Of a stretch of DNA of 64,000 nucleotides, positions 42,173 through 52,938 are shown piece by piece. How positions within the stretch are numbered: position 1 is the stretch's first letter; each line of letters begins with the position of its first letter. The stretch lies in contig NW_005434661.1 in the NCBI RefSeq assembly GCF_000315625.1, positions 72,956 through 136,955 on the forward strand. Reading direction: 5' to 3'. The position numbers were made by a program, and so were the translations under genes. The DNA comes from Guillardia theta CCMP2712. Lineage: Eukaryota > Protista > Cryptophyta. A model generated the notes under the pieces. That model was not told the origin of the DNA, did not search any database, and was given only the letters and a program-made list of their open reading frames with translations.

Positions 42173-42260
42173 ACTGATTTTTAATTTCACTTTGAGTAAA
42201 GGCACGACGGTAGTTGACGGTCCTCGTACTGATTTTTAAGTTAACTTTGAGTCAGTAAAG
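42173..42260 (+). repeat. Two copies of a dispersed 29-bp element, consensus ACTGATTTTTAACTTAACTTTGAGTAAAG
   Basis: Copies at 42173 and 42228. Others at 58350, about 58378, 62896 (reverse), 63419 and, degenerate, 12104 (reverse). Confidence 0.75.
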
Positions 42261-42922
42261 GGTACGGATGGCGCAGTGGCGCGGCGGTGACCCGGCCGGC
42301 GCCGGGCGACCGTACGGCGTACCGTCCGGCCGGGCCGCGGGGTTTGACTCCAATAAAAATGACTTATATTTGAGTTCTCCAAAACATTTGGAGAAGAAAA
42401 CAAGAAATTAACTTTTGTCACGGCGAAAAAATCAGGCGGAGTCAGCCGGAATCTGGAATCTGGAATCTGGATTGAATCCGGAGGCTGGACTTGAATCTGG
42501 GAACCGGCGCTGAAACGGCCCTTATTCAAGGTGCTACAGTCAAACATCCAAATAGTTGCTACTCACGGGCGGCAAGGAACGATCCGAGACTTACAGAAGA
42601 ACTTCTTGGCTAGGACTCCTCACGGAGGCCCCCGCCCTTCCGACCGTGAGGACTGCCAAGTGCAGCAGCGCGCCTGGTACCTTTGGTAGGCTAGGGCTTG
42701 GCTAGGAGAGTACCCCTACTACAAGTAGTATAGTTGAAGCGGAGTCAACCTAGTTCTTTACTGCTATTCTTCCGACCTCCAAGTTTGATGTATTGAATAA
42801 GTTAATAAAAGGATTATACGGAAGCCCCGATCATAGAACCCTTTTGCGTATCCTCCGTTCTCCCTTGCGGTTGCCCCTACATCTCTCCTCGCCTCGTGCT
42901 CCTCGTTCATGCCGTCTAGGCT

Positions 42923-43207
42923 ATGCAGATCACCATGACGATGAACCCAGCAAGTCAGACTCGAGTCCGCGTCCCCTCCATGCGCATCACCGACCAGCAA
43001 TGGTCCTACGTGAAGGCCGCCCAGCACCTCGCCGCGAGTCGCAAGATCGAGATCCGCAGTGAAGGCAAGCAGCTCCTGCACAACATTGCGGACGCTAAAC
43101 AGAAGCATCTTGCAAAGCTCAGGCAAGCAGCCCAACAGCGCCAGGAGCTCGGCATGGATGTCGAGTCGAGAGAGACTGCGATCTCGAGCATGTTGGAGCA
43201 GGTGTAA
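42923..43207 (+). CDS. Small unknown protein, family B member 1
   Basis: RITDQQWSYVKAAQHLAASRKIEIRSEGKQLLHNIADAKQKH, a block shared with two neighbouring ORFs. Confidence 0.72.
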   Translation: MQITMTMNPASQTRVRVPSMRITDQQWSYVKAAQHLAASRKIEIRSEGKQLLHNIADAKQKHLAKLRQAAQQRQELGMDVESRETAISSMLEQV

Positions 43208-43809
43208 GAGGAAGGGCGGGGGGGGGAAGGAGAATGCAACAGACAGGCGGGGTCGGGGGCGAGGGAGGGAGGAGAAAGGCGGGAGAAACCTAGGGCTGCT
43301 TTAGTGGGATGTAGTATATCGAAATAAGGGATGTAGATACGAGAGGGAATAAAGGCGCCTTGTCATCTTACCTCCAGGATTGAAGCATGCAAAATTTTGC
43401 AAGTCGTTGTAAAAGCGATCAGTTGTGGAATTACTGCGCGTCTGTCCATCCCTTCCTCTCATGCCTTCGCATATAGTTGCCGGGTCTTCAGCAGGACAGC
43501 AACTCTTGCTCCCCTAGACATTCTTCCCTGATCCGAACCTATCCTAGAGCTTCCTCCCTCCCTTCCCCCGCGCTCTCGCGCTTTTAAATCGAACAATCTG
43601 TGACGCTGACTAGGGACTAAAGTGAAGCACAACCATTTGCGGGAGTCAGCGAAAAACCAGGACTATGCTGCTATTGCAGTAAGACCACAAGGACATGATT
43701 CTATAGCAGACTCGAAGACAGAGATAGAAAACCGCGTACTGACGTCGCCTGTGGAGTTGAAGTTTTGCTTCAGAAAGATCTGCAACGATGAAGGACAGCA
43801 GTGAATGTG

Positions 43810-43866
43810 GAGTGAGTGAGTGAGTGAGTGAGTGAGTGAGTGAGTGAGTGAGTGAGTGAGTGAGTG
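43810..43866 (+). repeat. (GAGT)n microsatellite
   Basis: Perfect tetranucleotide run. Confidence 0.95.
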
Positions 43867-44279
43867 TAACAGACAAAGTGAAGCAGTCTTTTCACAGTCT
43901 TTTCAATTTCCTCATGGTCGATGTAACATGGAGTGCACATGAAAGAGTGAAATCACTTTCATTTGCTTGTCTTTTGTCTTCAACCCATTTGTACATTCAA
44001 ATCGATCAATGTTAAATAGATCTCTCAAGCTGTGTTTGTTGCGTACGGTACGTCTTTGTGCAGTTAGTGCAAAGAAATGCCCTGTCTCTACTTCACTCAT
44101 ATCACGTCATCATGAGCTATGACACAACCAGATCTTTACATCACCACTAGAGGGCAATTTTTTTCAATGTAAAAGCAATAAAGAATCCAGATCACTTTTG
44201 TTTCTATTTACATTCTATGATACATCAATGCAATAGCGATAACAAACAACGTCTCAGCAAACTCTTTCACATTGGCAAA

Positions 44280-44630
44280 CTAATTGCCCCACGAGGGGTC
44301 CTTGATTCCCTCAGTCACGTCTCTATATGACTCCGACCTCCCGATCTCCTTCAATTGTGGAAACGCTGCCCTCCTCGTCCTCGCAGATTCCGTTCCATCC
44401 TCCCTCTCCTGCACTGCCTTCAGCTTCTCTCCGTACCTCCGCTTCGCCTCCGCTATGTTCTCCAACAGCTTCTGCCCGTCCGCCTGCACCTCGAGCTTTC
44501 GGCTGGCGGCGACATGCTGGGCTTTCGTGACGTAGGACCACTGCTCGTCGGTAAGGCGAAGAACAGGTCGATGGAGAATGGGTCGTCGTAGGGTCTTGCT
44601 GTCGAGAATGGTAGGTGCGATCGTGTGCAT
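44280..44630 (-). CDS. Small unknown protein, family B member 2
   Basis: RLTDEQWSYVTKAQHVAASRKLEVQADGQKLLENIAEAKRRYGEKL...LKEIGRSESYRDVT. Confidence 0.72.
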   Translation of the reverse strand: MHTIAPTILDSKTLRRPILHRPVLRLTDEQWSYVTKAQHVAASRKLEVQADGQKLLENIAEAKRRYGEKLKAVQEREDGTESARTRRAAFPQLKEIGRSESYRDVTEGIKDPSWGN

Positions 44631-44689
44631 GCTTGCTGTCGGGCGGGACGTGAGGGAGTTTGCAGGAGCAGAACAATTATTGAGCAAGT

Positions 44690-45397
44690 TCCCTGGTCTC
44701 CAGTCACATGGGCGAAGTTGATTTCCCCTCTATCGTCGTGTGTAAAGCTCTCAGGACCCCACCCTATAATAAGTCTGTGACCCTCCAAGGGTTCTTGGGG
44801 CTCACCTCCAATAGGCCCAAATTTGTAGATCCTAGTACCCCCACCCCTTCATTCCGACTGCCAACCCACGGTCGCCCTTGCAAAGTTCCGTTTACTCCTC
44901 AGCCTGCGGCTGTCATGGCGCTTTCGGTTGACTTGGAAGAGACCTCAAGGTTCCCTTGCGACTTTCTCGAGTCCACTGGTCACGCGTCCGGAAACTATGA
45001 ACTTGCAGACATATAGTGCGGTCATGACATCGGTATTGATAGACCCCTCCATTTGCCGGTAATACTACCCGTTCAGTCTCAATGTCGGTCACGAGGGTGT
45101 CCCTGTGACCTCCGGCTCATTGAGTCTGTGACTCCTTCAACCGCAGCGTTTCAAGCTTGTTTCGGTTTCTTGCCTCGTGACAGGCTGCCGTGGATATATG
45201 GTGAAGCTTATTTGGACGGGTTCTTTGCCCCATGAAAGGAGGGGTACATTAAAGCTTACGGGTTTGATTACATTGAAGGTGGGGTGGTGCAGTCAGCCTC
45301 GCTCATGTGACTCGAAACTAGGTTCCCCCGCCCCCCCTCCGTATATAGTTCCTCCCTCCCTGCTCTCCCTAGCCCACTGGTTGTCACTCCCACCACC
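44690..45397. promoter_or_regulatory. Bidirectional promoter rich in GTGAC/GTCAC, with TATA-like boxes
   Basis: GTGAC/GTCAC at 44703, 44777, 44979, 45088, 45105, 45128, 45177, 45307 and 45383; GTCATGAC at 45021; TATA-like elements at about 44765 and 45342. Confidence 0.5.
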
Positions 45398-45721
45398 ATG
45401 AACACGATTCGCTTTCAAGAATACGCTGCCACCAAGACCCTTCGTCGTCCTTTCATCCGCCTTACCGACGAGCAGTGGTCCTATGTCAAGAAAGCCCAGC
45501 GTGTCGCCGCCAGCCGAAAGCTCGAGGTGCAGGCGGACGGGCAGAAGCTGTTGGAGAACATAGCGGAGGCGAAGCGGAGGTACGGAGAGAAGCTGACCAA
45601 CATGCAAGGGGACGGATCTGTGGATAGAAATTCTCCTCCGCCTCATTTGAAGGAGATCGGGAGATCGGAGTCGTTCACAGATGTCACTCTTGGTTGTGAA
45701 GAGATGGTTCATTGCCCTTGA
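45398..45721 (+). CDS. Small unknown protein, family B member 3 (inverted duplicate of member 2)
   Basis: RLTDEQWSYVKKAQRVAASRKLEVQADGQKLLENIAEAKRRYGEKL...LKEIGRSESFTDVT. The core DNA is nearly identical to the reverse complement of about 44420-44557. Confidence 0.72.
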   Translation: MNTIRFQEYAATKTLRRPFIRLTDEQWSYVKKAQRVAASRKLEVQADGQKLLENIAEAKRRYGEKLTNMQGDGSVDRNSPPPHLKEIGRSESFTDVTLGCEEMVHCP

Positions 45722-47026
45722 AGAGGAGATAAACATGTCATAGATGTACACTAGGTTGTAAATAGATAAATCAATCTGAACTCACTCCTTGAAAATTTCC
45801 TTTGAACGAAAATAGCTTATGTTCAGTTTTTTTTGCGAACACTTTCGAAACTGGTCAATCATATACTCCATCTCTTCTGCCCATGCAAGGTATACCGTGT
45901 AAGGCTTTCTAGGTCCTTCAACAGATTCTAATTCAGCTCCAATCATCAGAGAAGTCGCTGACCAATCTTTCGATCTAACATCATCGTCAGGCTACCTGAA
46001 GCTTTGGAATCAACTTCGCCGACTAATTGTAACAAAATACCAGCAACAGTTCTTGTCACCAATCGCCTACTTCAAGACTGAGCATGGTCAGACTAGTTGT
46101 CCTTGGTCACACCGTTCGCGGGGCCGTGTGCTGACTGAGCATCATACTACTATGGTTGGGCTGGGCCTGGAGGTGACTAAAAGTCAGCTGGGAGCACCGT
46201 GATCGGACGGCGGGACCGTCACGCTGTGGGCGGCGGCCGGGCACAGTGACATGGTTGCCTGGTGACTCCTGGACTCCGGGACGGTCCGATCAGCGACTCG
46301 GACTCTCTGGCATAATCGGCCGCCGGGCGGCGGCGGACCGAGCCTCAGGACCGTACAACTTGTCACGCAGTGTGCCAACTGATAGTATCGCCGGAGTCGA
46401 GTGTCCCGGAGTCCACTCTTGCCAACATCGGATCTTCGTATGCACCTGCGGAGTCACCCCGCGAGTGCTCAGGACGGGCCGCCGGGCCGCCCGGTTCAAC
46501 TTCACCGCGGCGAGGCGAGTATCATAGTACTACGAGTCGCTGCACTCTCAAATAACAAGCCAACCTCAGGGTAATTATTAGACGAGATAATAGGGCAGAA
46601 AATGTCACAAGAAAGAGCAAGATAAGCGAACCTGTGGTGAAGGACGCGTGCACGATGATGGTCAAGGGGAAGGAGATGAAGGGTTGAGAACAAGCGGAGG
46701 GCGGGAAGACAGCAGAGGACGATTGCTCTGAGGAAAGAAGAGATGCGACTGGCATGCAGGATCGCAGCAGCCCTCAGATGCTAGATGTGTAGAGGACAGG
46801 ATGGAAGAAGCAGGGGTTTCGGGAGTGAGGGAGGAACGGAGGAAGGATTCTTGTTGCTGTAAGACCCATGAAAGCAAGGATGTGTGTGAGTGTTTGCTAG
46901 ATAGAATCGTTCAGAATTTCTGAATCCTGAATGTTTGAATGGTGCTCTTCAGAATGGGCAGAAACTCGTAACGCACCTCGTGACCTTTGAGCTGATTCCG
47001 AAGTCGCAGGCTCAGCCAAGGGGAGC

Positions 47027-47559
47027 ATGGCAAACCAGTCAGCAAAGAAGGCGGATCAGAGGACAAAGGACTTCAGGTGTGTACACTCACAAAGATGCTG
47101 CTAGTGGATCCCAAATAAGAAGCTGATTGCAGGCAATACCATGGGTTAGCTATTGTGGGACTAGCAGTGCTCTATGCTCTTATCAAGTTCCTCATCTTCA
47201 GTGCAACATGGCAGAGGATGCACACCGTCCTGTTCGCCGTCTCCGTCGTCATGCAGTATGCATGCTACAGCTGGATCTTCAGCCACCTGGAGTCGGGTGG
47301 ACGGCTGGATGACAAGGGAGGGATCGTCGAGAAGTGCAGGGACGTACTGTACCTCTCCATGATCGCCATGACACTCTCGCTCGTCTCCGACTATGCCTGG
47401 CTCTTGTACTCTATCTTTCCTCTCTATCTGGTCTGGAAGGTGCTGACGTGGATTGGATCGTCCGTGTTCGGGTCCAAGGAGGAGGAGCCGGTGGAGTACC
47501 AGCTCTCCAAGACCCAGCAGAAGAAAATGAAGAGGGCGGAGAAATTCGGAAGGGGCTAG
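47027..47559 (+). CDS. TMEM208: SRP-independent targeting protein SND2/TMEM208 (DUF788); one intron at about 47077-47133
   Basis: MANQSAKKA..., membrane helices, GGIVEKCRDVLYL...SDYAWLLYSIFPLYLVWK, and a basic tail SKTQQKKMKR. Confidence 0.88.
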
Positions 47560-47714
47560 AGCAGCAGTCACTGTCCCCCGCGCCTTGCCCCTGCTGTCCT
47601 ACTTTCTCCCTGTTCATTTACTCTAAAATAATAATCGACCGGACCTCACTGCAGCACTAGAACTGGGTCCCATCTTGTCAAAAACCTGCTGGGGTAGTGG
47701 CTGGGGTAGATGCT

Positions 47715-50006
47715 CAACGTTGGTCGTCTCGAACGATCTCAGAAAACTTGGTAGTGAGCATCTGCGATTCCGCAGTTACTTCACGCCCATCTGATCTCAA
47801 CCTCCCTGCCTCCCTCCCTGCCTTCCCCCTTGCACTTTTGTCTCCTCTCCCTCCTACCCCCTATGCCTCCCACCCTCCTCAATCTCGTCCGCGGCCTTTC
47901 CTTCACCTGTTTGGTTCCTCGGTTGGCAAAAGGGAAGAAGCTGGTGGGCCTCTCAGTTGTGAAGATTTCAACGGTTTTGCCTTGTATGTTGTCAGTTTCT
48001 CTCTCCCTCAAGACTCGCCATCACCTGCTGCTTGTGGAATCCCCAACGTTGTCGCAAGAGAGATCGCCAGGTCCTAGAGAGAGGTTGAGGAGGCATCGAA
48101 ACAAGTCGGAGAGAACATGGTCGCCACAAGTCAGAACGAGCAAGGCAGGGAAAGTGAGGACGAGGAGGAAGACAGGCAAATGGGGAGTAGAGCAAATGGG
48201 AGTAGCAGAACGAGAGAAGCAACCAACCTTGGGGTTGATTCTTCCAACCGCCGTGTCTCCTGTCTGGAGCTGAAAGGTTCCATCAGGATGTGTTGAATTG
48301 ATGCCGCACGATCGAAGAATGGTGTAGGGAACCCCTGCAGAACTCAATCAGCCACGTCCTTCGTCCTTGATTCATCCAGCTAATGCCCTGTTCCCTGCTC
48401 CCTGCTCCCTGCTCCCTGCTCCCTGCTCCCTCAAAGACCTTACCTGTCGCCTTCAGCTTCTCCTCCCCCTTCAGCTTGCTGCCAAGGATGTTGAGAGGGT
48501 TGAGCCTGACGATTGCGATGCCTGCTGCTTCGGGGTACTAAGGGAAAAAGGTAAGACGTGACGGCACGAGAGCAAGGGACGGATCTACCTTCTCCTTCTG
48601 CTCATCTGACCATCCAGGACGAGTGACAGCAGCGCTGGACAGCAGAACCAGCCGAGGGAGAGTCTCCTCCACTCCGTCCCCTTGCTCCTTCCTGCAGGAT
48701 TGGGGAGTCACGAACGGGGAGGAGCAGCCGCGGGCTCCTGCTTCACCTCTCAACTGTGACGGTGCCTTCTCCTTTCGCAATCAGAGGGGGAGGCTGGTCT
48801 TTGAGCATCTGCAGCACATTCAGGGGCGAAGGCTGATCATGAACTTGTTACCTCTGCCATCATGGCAGGCCCGCGGATGTCGAGAGCTCTCCTCAGTTTC
48901 TGCTCCGACGTTAAATCCCACGCTATGCCTTCCTGTCCCTTTCCCTCCTACTTCTGTTCAACTTTTCTATTAAACCTCTTCTATTCCCCTTTCCCTTCTA
49001 CTTCTGTTCTCCCGTCCCATTAAATCACTCCTATTTCCCTTTCTCTCCCTCTTCCTGTACGAACATAACTCCTCGAGCCCTTATCTGCAACCTCACCCTC
49101 CTCTTCCTTCCTTGGAACCACCACCTACTGCTAGCCCTCTTCCACCGTGTGCTCGTTCACCTGCTGCATTTTGATCTTGACGAGGTACAGCAGCCGGGAG
49201 AAAATCCCTCCTCGAGGCGGAGCGAAGCCTGAGGCGCACCAGACGGCCTGACTGACTCCTTGCGTGATGGTTCGAACGTCACTCTGAAGCGAAATCAGCA
49301 CGAGAAAGCGCACGAAATGACGAGGAGGCCCACCCGCTTGTTGAGGTCACACTGGACAAGTTCGATCCTCGAAGGGTAGTCCTTTCACCAAGACTGTCAG
49401 TCAAGTCCGCCCGTGACCTCTCACCAGCCTCCTCCACATGGGGCCTCAAGAACGCTCACCTTGGTGAGCTTCGACAAGACCTGAGAGGCTTTGGTTTCGT
49501 TTCGAAACGTAGCTCTCACTTGCGATCCTGGATATCTCAGCAAGACCTGTGCTATCGTCACCAAATTTGTGCCTCCACCTCTTTGACAGTACCTGCTCGC
49601 AGACATACCGTCCCACTCTTCCTGTTGCTCCAGCAACAAGGATAGTCCTCTTTCCGTTTCCATTCTCGGCCTCTGCCAGTGAGATGGTCTTCATCCTGAG
49701 CGATGAGATTCGCCAATTCTCCTTGTTCCTAGCACGAGCTTTCACACACAGCACGAAGAAATCAAAACAAGAATTCAACTGATGGACTTCACCTTCCAAT
49801 CATGCAAGAGTGTCTGACCGACGAAGCTATCAGAGAGACTGAAGGAGGGAGAAGAGGTCATAACGCTGCCTGTCTCCGGGACACGAGCTACCTGGCAACG
49901 CTGATGGGGATGTGAAGGAATAGGCCAGGGTAACGTTGCAGAGGAGAACAAAGAGGAAGAGAGATGAGATCCTGGAAGCATGGCAACAATCTGAACACGT
50001 TGCCAT
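47715..50006 (-). CDS. Plastid-targeted atypical SDR / NAD(P)-binding Rossmann protein (Tic62/NAD_binding_10-like), multi-exon
   Basis: Presequence ...SLFLFVLLCNVTLAYS|FTSP; TILVAGATGRVG; IELVQCDL; RLVLLSSAAVTRPGW; IVRLNPLNILGSKLKGEEKL; GVPYTILRSCG; GDTAVGRI. The 3' end is approximate. Confidence 0.82.
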
Positions 50007-50769
50007 CTTGCTGGAGACTTTCTTTCACACGCAAATGAAGAACAAACTGAGAAAAAAAATACGTGTCATGTTTGACCTTACGCCATGTCCCCCCTATCGG
50101 CACGTGCTTGAATCATGCAATATGGCACGGTCAAAGACCATAGAGGAGGACCCTGATATCAGCATTCTCTGTTTCTGACATGCTCCTGTGCATTCTGGCA
50201 TTCTCGTCCACAGCGATCTAGTTGGAATCAACCCACTTGCTTCGCACGCCTTAAAACGTTCTACCTGAAACCTCCTGCCAACAAGCCGTGCCTACTTCCT
50301 TCCGCATAGGATTCTTCTTCTTCCTCCCCCATCTCTCCTTATCACTCGATCTCTACTGCTCCTGCTCCTCGTCTCGCAGCCAGGCACCATGCCGCCTCTC
50401 CTCCCGCCCTATTCCCTGATCCCCATTGGCCTCCGGCATATCCCGAGGGGATCTTTTAAAACGTTTTAGAGAATCCCCCAGACCTCAATTACAAAATAGT
50501 TAGTACTATGGACCCTTATAATATTTATTACTTGTACTGCAATCGTTCATAGGGGTGATCGATATCTAAATACAAACAATATATATTTTATTTTTATTCC
50601 GTGACATGGACCAACTATATCAATTTTACACGAACCCCTCCTACAAAGATTTCTATCTATAATGTTTTTGAGTCCGTTTCATGTTTTTGCCAACCTATAA
50701 AACTTTAGCTGTGTGGCTCGGTGCTGCATTGTAACTGTCGGGGTAAAACCGAATATTGCCCTAACGGAC

Positions 50770-52938
50770 ATGCCGGTGGAGCAACCGGGAGGAGGGGAGG
50801 GGGAGGAGGATCGGAGGAGGGCAGGAGCGGAGCGGAGAGGAGAGGACATAGTTTCCTCCATGCCTACTAGTGAGATCGACAAGCTTGCTCTTCGGAAGGC
50901 GAAGGAAATGGCGAGCAGTGCCGTTTCCTCAGTGTTCCTGACACTTTGTGGGAAATCGGACGAAGAGGACAAGTTTACAGGGTGAGCGATGACTGTATGA
51001 TTGTTTGCATTCGCATCTGATTCATGCAGCCATGTATGTTCTCTCGTATGATGCACTTCTTTGTTCGCACTTGCAGATCTGCTTCTCTCTTCCATTCTCC
51101 TGTCTTGCAGGCTTCTTTTGACATAAAATTTGCTTGCTCAGGATTCAGAAAGAGATGGATTTCCACATGCAGAAAGTCGTGGAAGAATCTTTCTCTGCTG
51201 GTATGGAAGTAGCAGAAAGGAAGGCAGCTAAGGAGAAAGCAAACAGCAGCAAACTGTTCAAAGAGAGAACTGAGCAGATTGTGAAGGAATATGAAACGAG
51301 ACTTGCATCGCAAAAAGCTGAAGATGAGGAGGAGATGACCAAGACATGTGAATCTCTTCAATCTCAAGCTGTAGCTTGCAGTGAGCTCGTCGACATGGCG
51401 GCATCCATGATCGAGACATGGTGCCAGGCGCTGGGCTCGTCTGAGATAGCGAGAAAGGGTTTGGAAGAGGAGCGGAAGCGATTGGAGGAGGAGCTGGCCT
51501 CGAGTAGAGCAGCCTTGAGTGCAGCAGAAGCGAAGCTGAGTGAGGCGATGCAGAGGATGAGGAGGAAGGAGGAGAAGGTCAAGGAGCTCGAGGCGTCTCT
51601 CTCGGGCTGCCAGCAGTCGCTGGTGGAGGTCAAGAGCAGGTGGAGGGCAGACGCCGAGCTGGTTCAGCACCAGGTGAGCCTCTTGCTGCTTCACGACGGA
51701 GAGACGCGTGAAGGAAGGTCGCAGCTCCAGGATGAGGTCTCTGCCCGTCTCGCGGCACAGGAGGAGACGAGGGTCTGCCAGGAGGAGCTCAAGGGATTGA
51801 AGGCGTCCATCTCGCACAAGGCAGGACGCTCCGTGACTCTCCTCGGCTGTGGATGACGATGACGCAGGAGAACGTGCTTGACAACATCGACAATGGCAGC
51901 CCGGAAGACATCATCTGGAAGCTGGAGGAGGAGAGGAAACAGCTCAAGGTACCTCTGCCCTCCCTTCTTCGTGCTCGCTGAACCTGCGCTCCTCTCCCTC
52001 CCCCAACGCAGCTTCGGCTCTTGTCGTTGGAGAAGCAGGTTGCGGAGGACGAGCGAAGGCATGCCAAGGCCATGCAGCAGGTTGCTCTGCCGTTGCCCCG
52101 ACGCTCCCTCACCTCCTTTGCAGCTGCAGGAGAAGCACGTTGAAACACTGCTGGCAGAGAGGAACGCCAAGGCATTCTCAGAGCAGGTCTAGATTTATTC
52201 TCCTCTCCCTCCTCCTCCTAGCCTCTCCTCGCACTGAACTGACCTCCGCAGGTCGCACAACGACTCGAGCACGAGCTCCTCCAGCTCTCGGTCAACCAGT
52301 ACAAGAAATCCTGTGCACAGCAGGCTCGTCTCTTTCTCCCGTCCTCTCCTCCCCTTCCTCCTACCTGCTTCAGTTCCTTACTTTGAGCCCGCCATCCATT
52401 TGGCTCCTTCCTCCCTCCTTGCGTTCCGTTTTCTCTCCTCCCTCCTCACTCCCTGCCTCCTTTCCAGCCTTCCTCCGTCACTCACTCTCTCGCTCTTCAG
52501 ACCTGGGCTCTCAAGAAGCGAGGGTACGGGAAGAAGCAGATGGACTTCCAGGTGAGACTTGAGAGCCACCCACTGTCTTGAACAGCCCAGCAGGATTTCA
52601 GCTCGGAATACGAGAAGTTGATCGGCACAGAGACGCGGCAAACTGTGAAAGAGGAAGGGGTTCTCCCCAGCTTGCCGAGCATTCCCGACCTCTCAAGAGA
52701 ACTTCTGTTTGGAGGAGGAGGAGGAGGAGGAGGAGGAATATCCTTGAAGCCGCATGCGGAGCTGCAGGTCTCGACAGCAAGGGAGAACAGCTGCCCACCG
52801 CTCAACCTGTCCTTGCTGGAGGGGCGCAGGACAGCAGCAGGCGCTGCTGCTGGGACTCCGAGCACAGAGAGGCACGAGAGGAGCCGCGTGCCCCGCCCTC
52901 CTCCCCGTGCTCACTCAAAGTTGGCAACAGCTCGTTGA
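50770..52938 (+). CDS. Hypothetical coiled-coil protein, multi-exon
   Basis: E/K/A/R-rich heptad ORFs (for example 51134-51856) joined by GT-AG introns. Confidence 0.6.
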
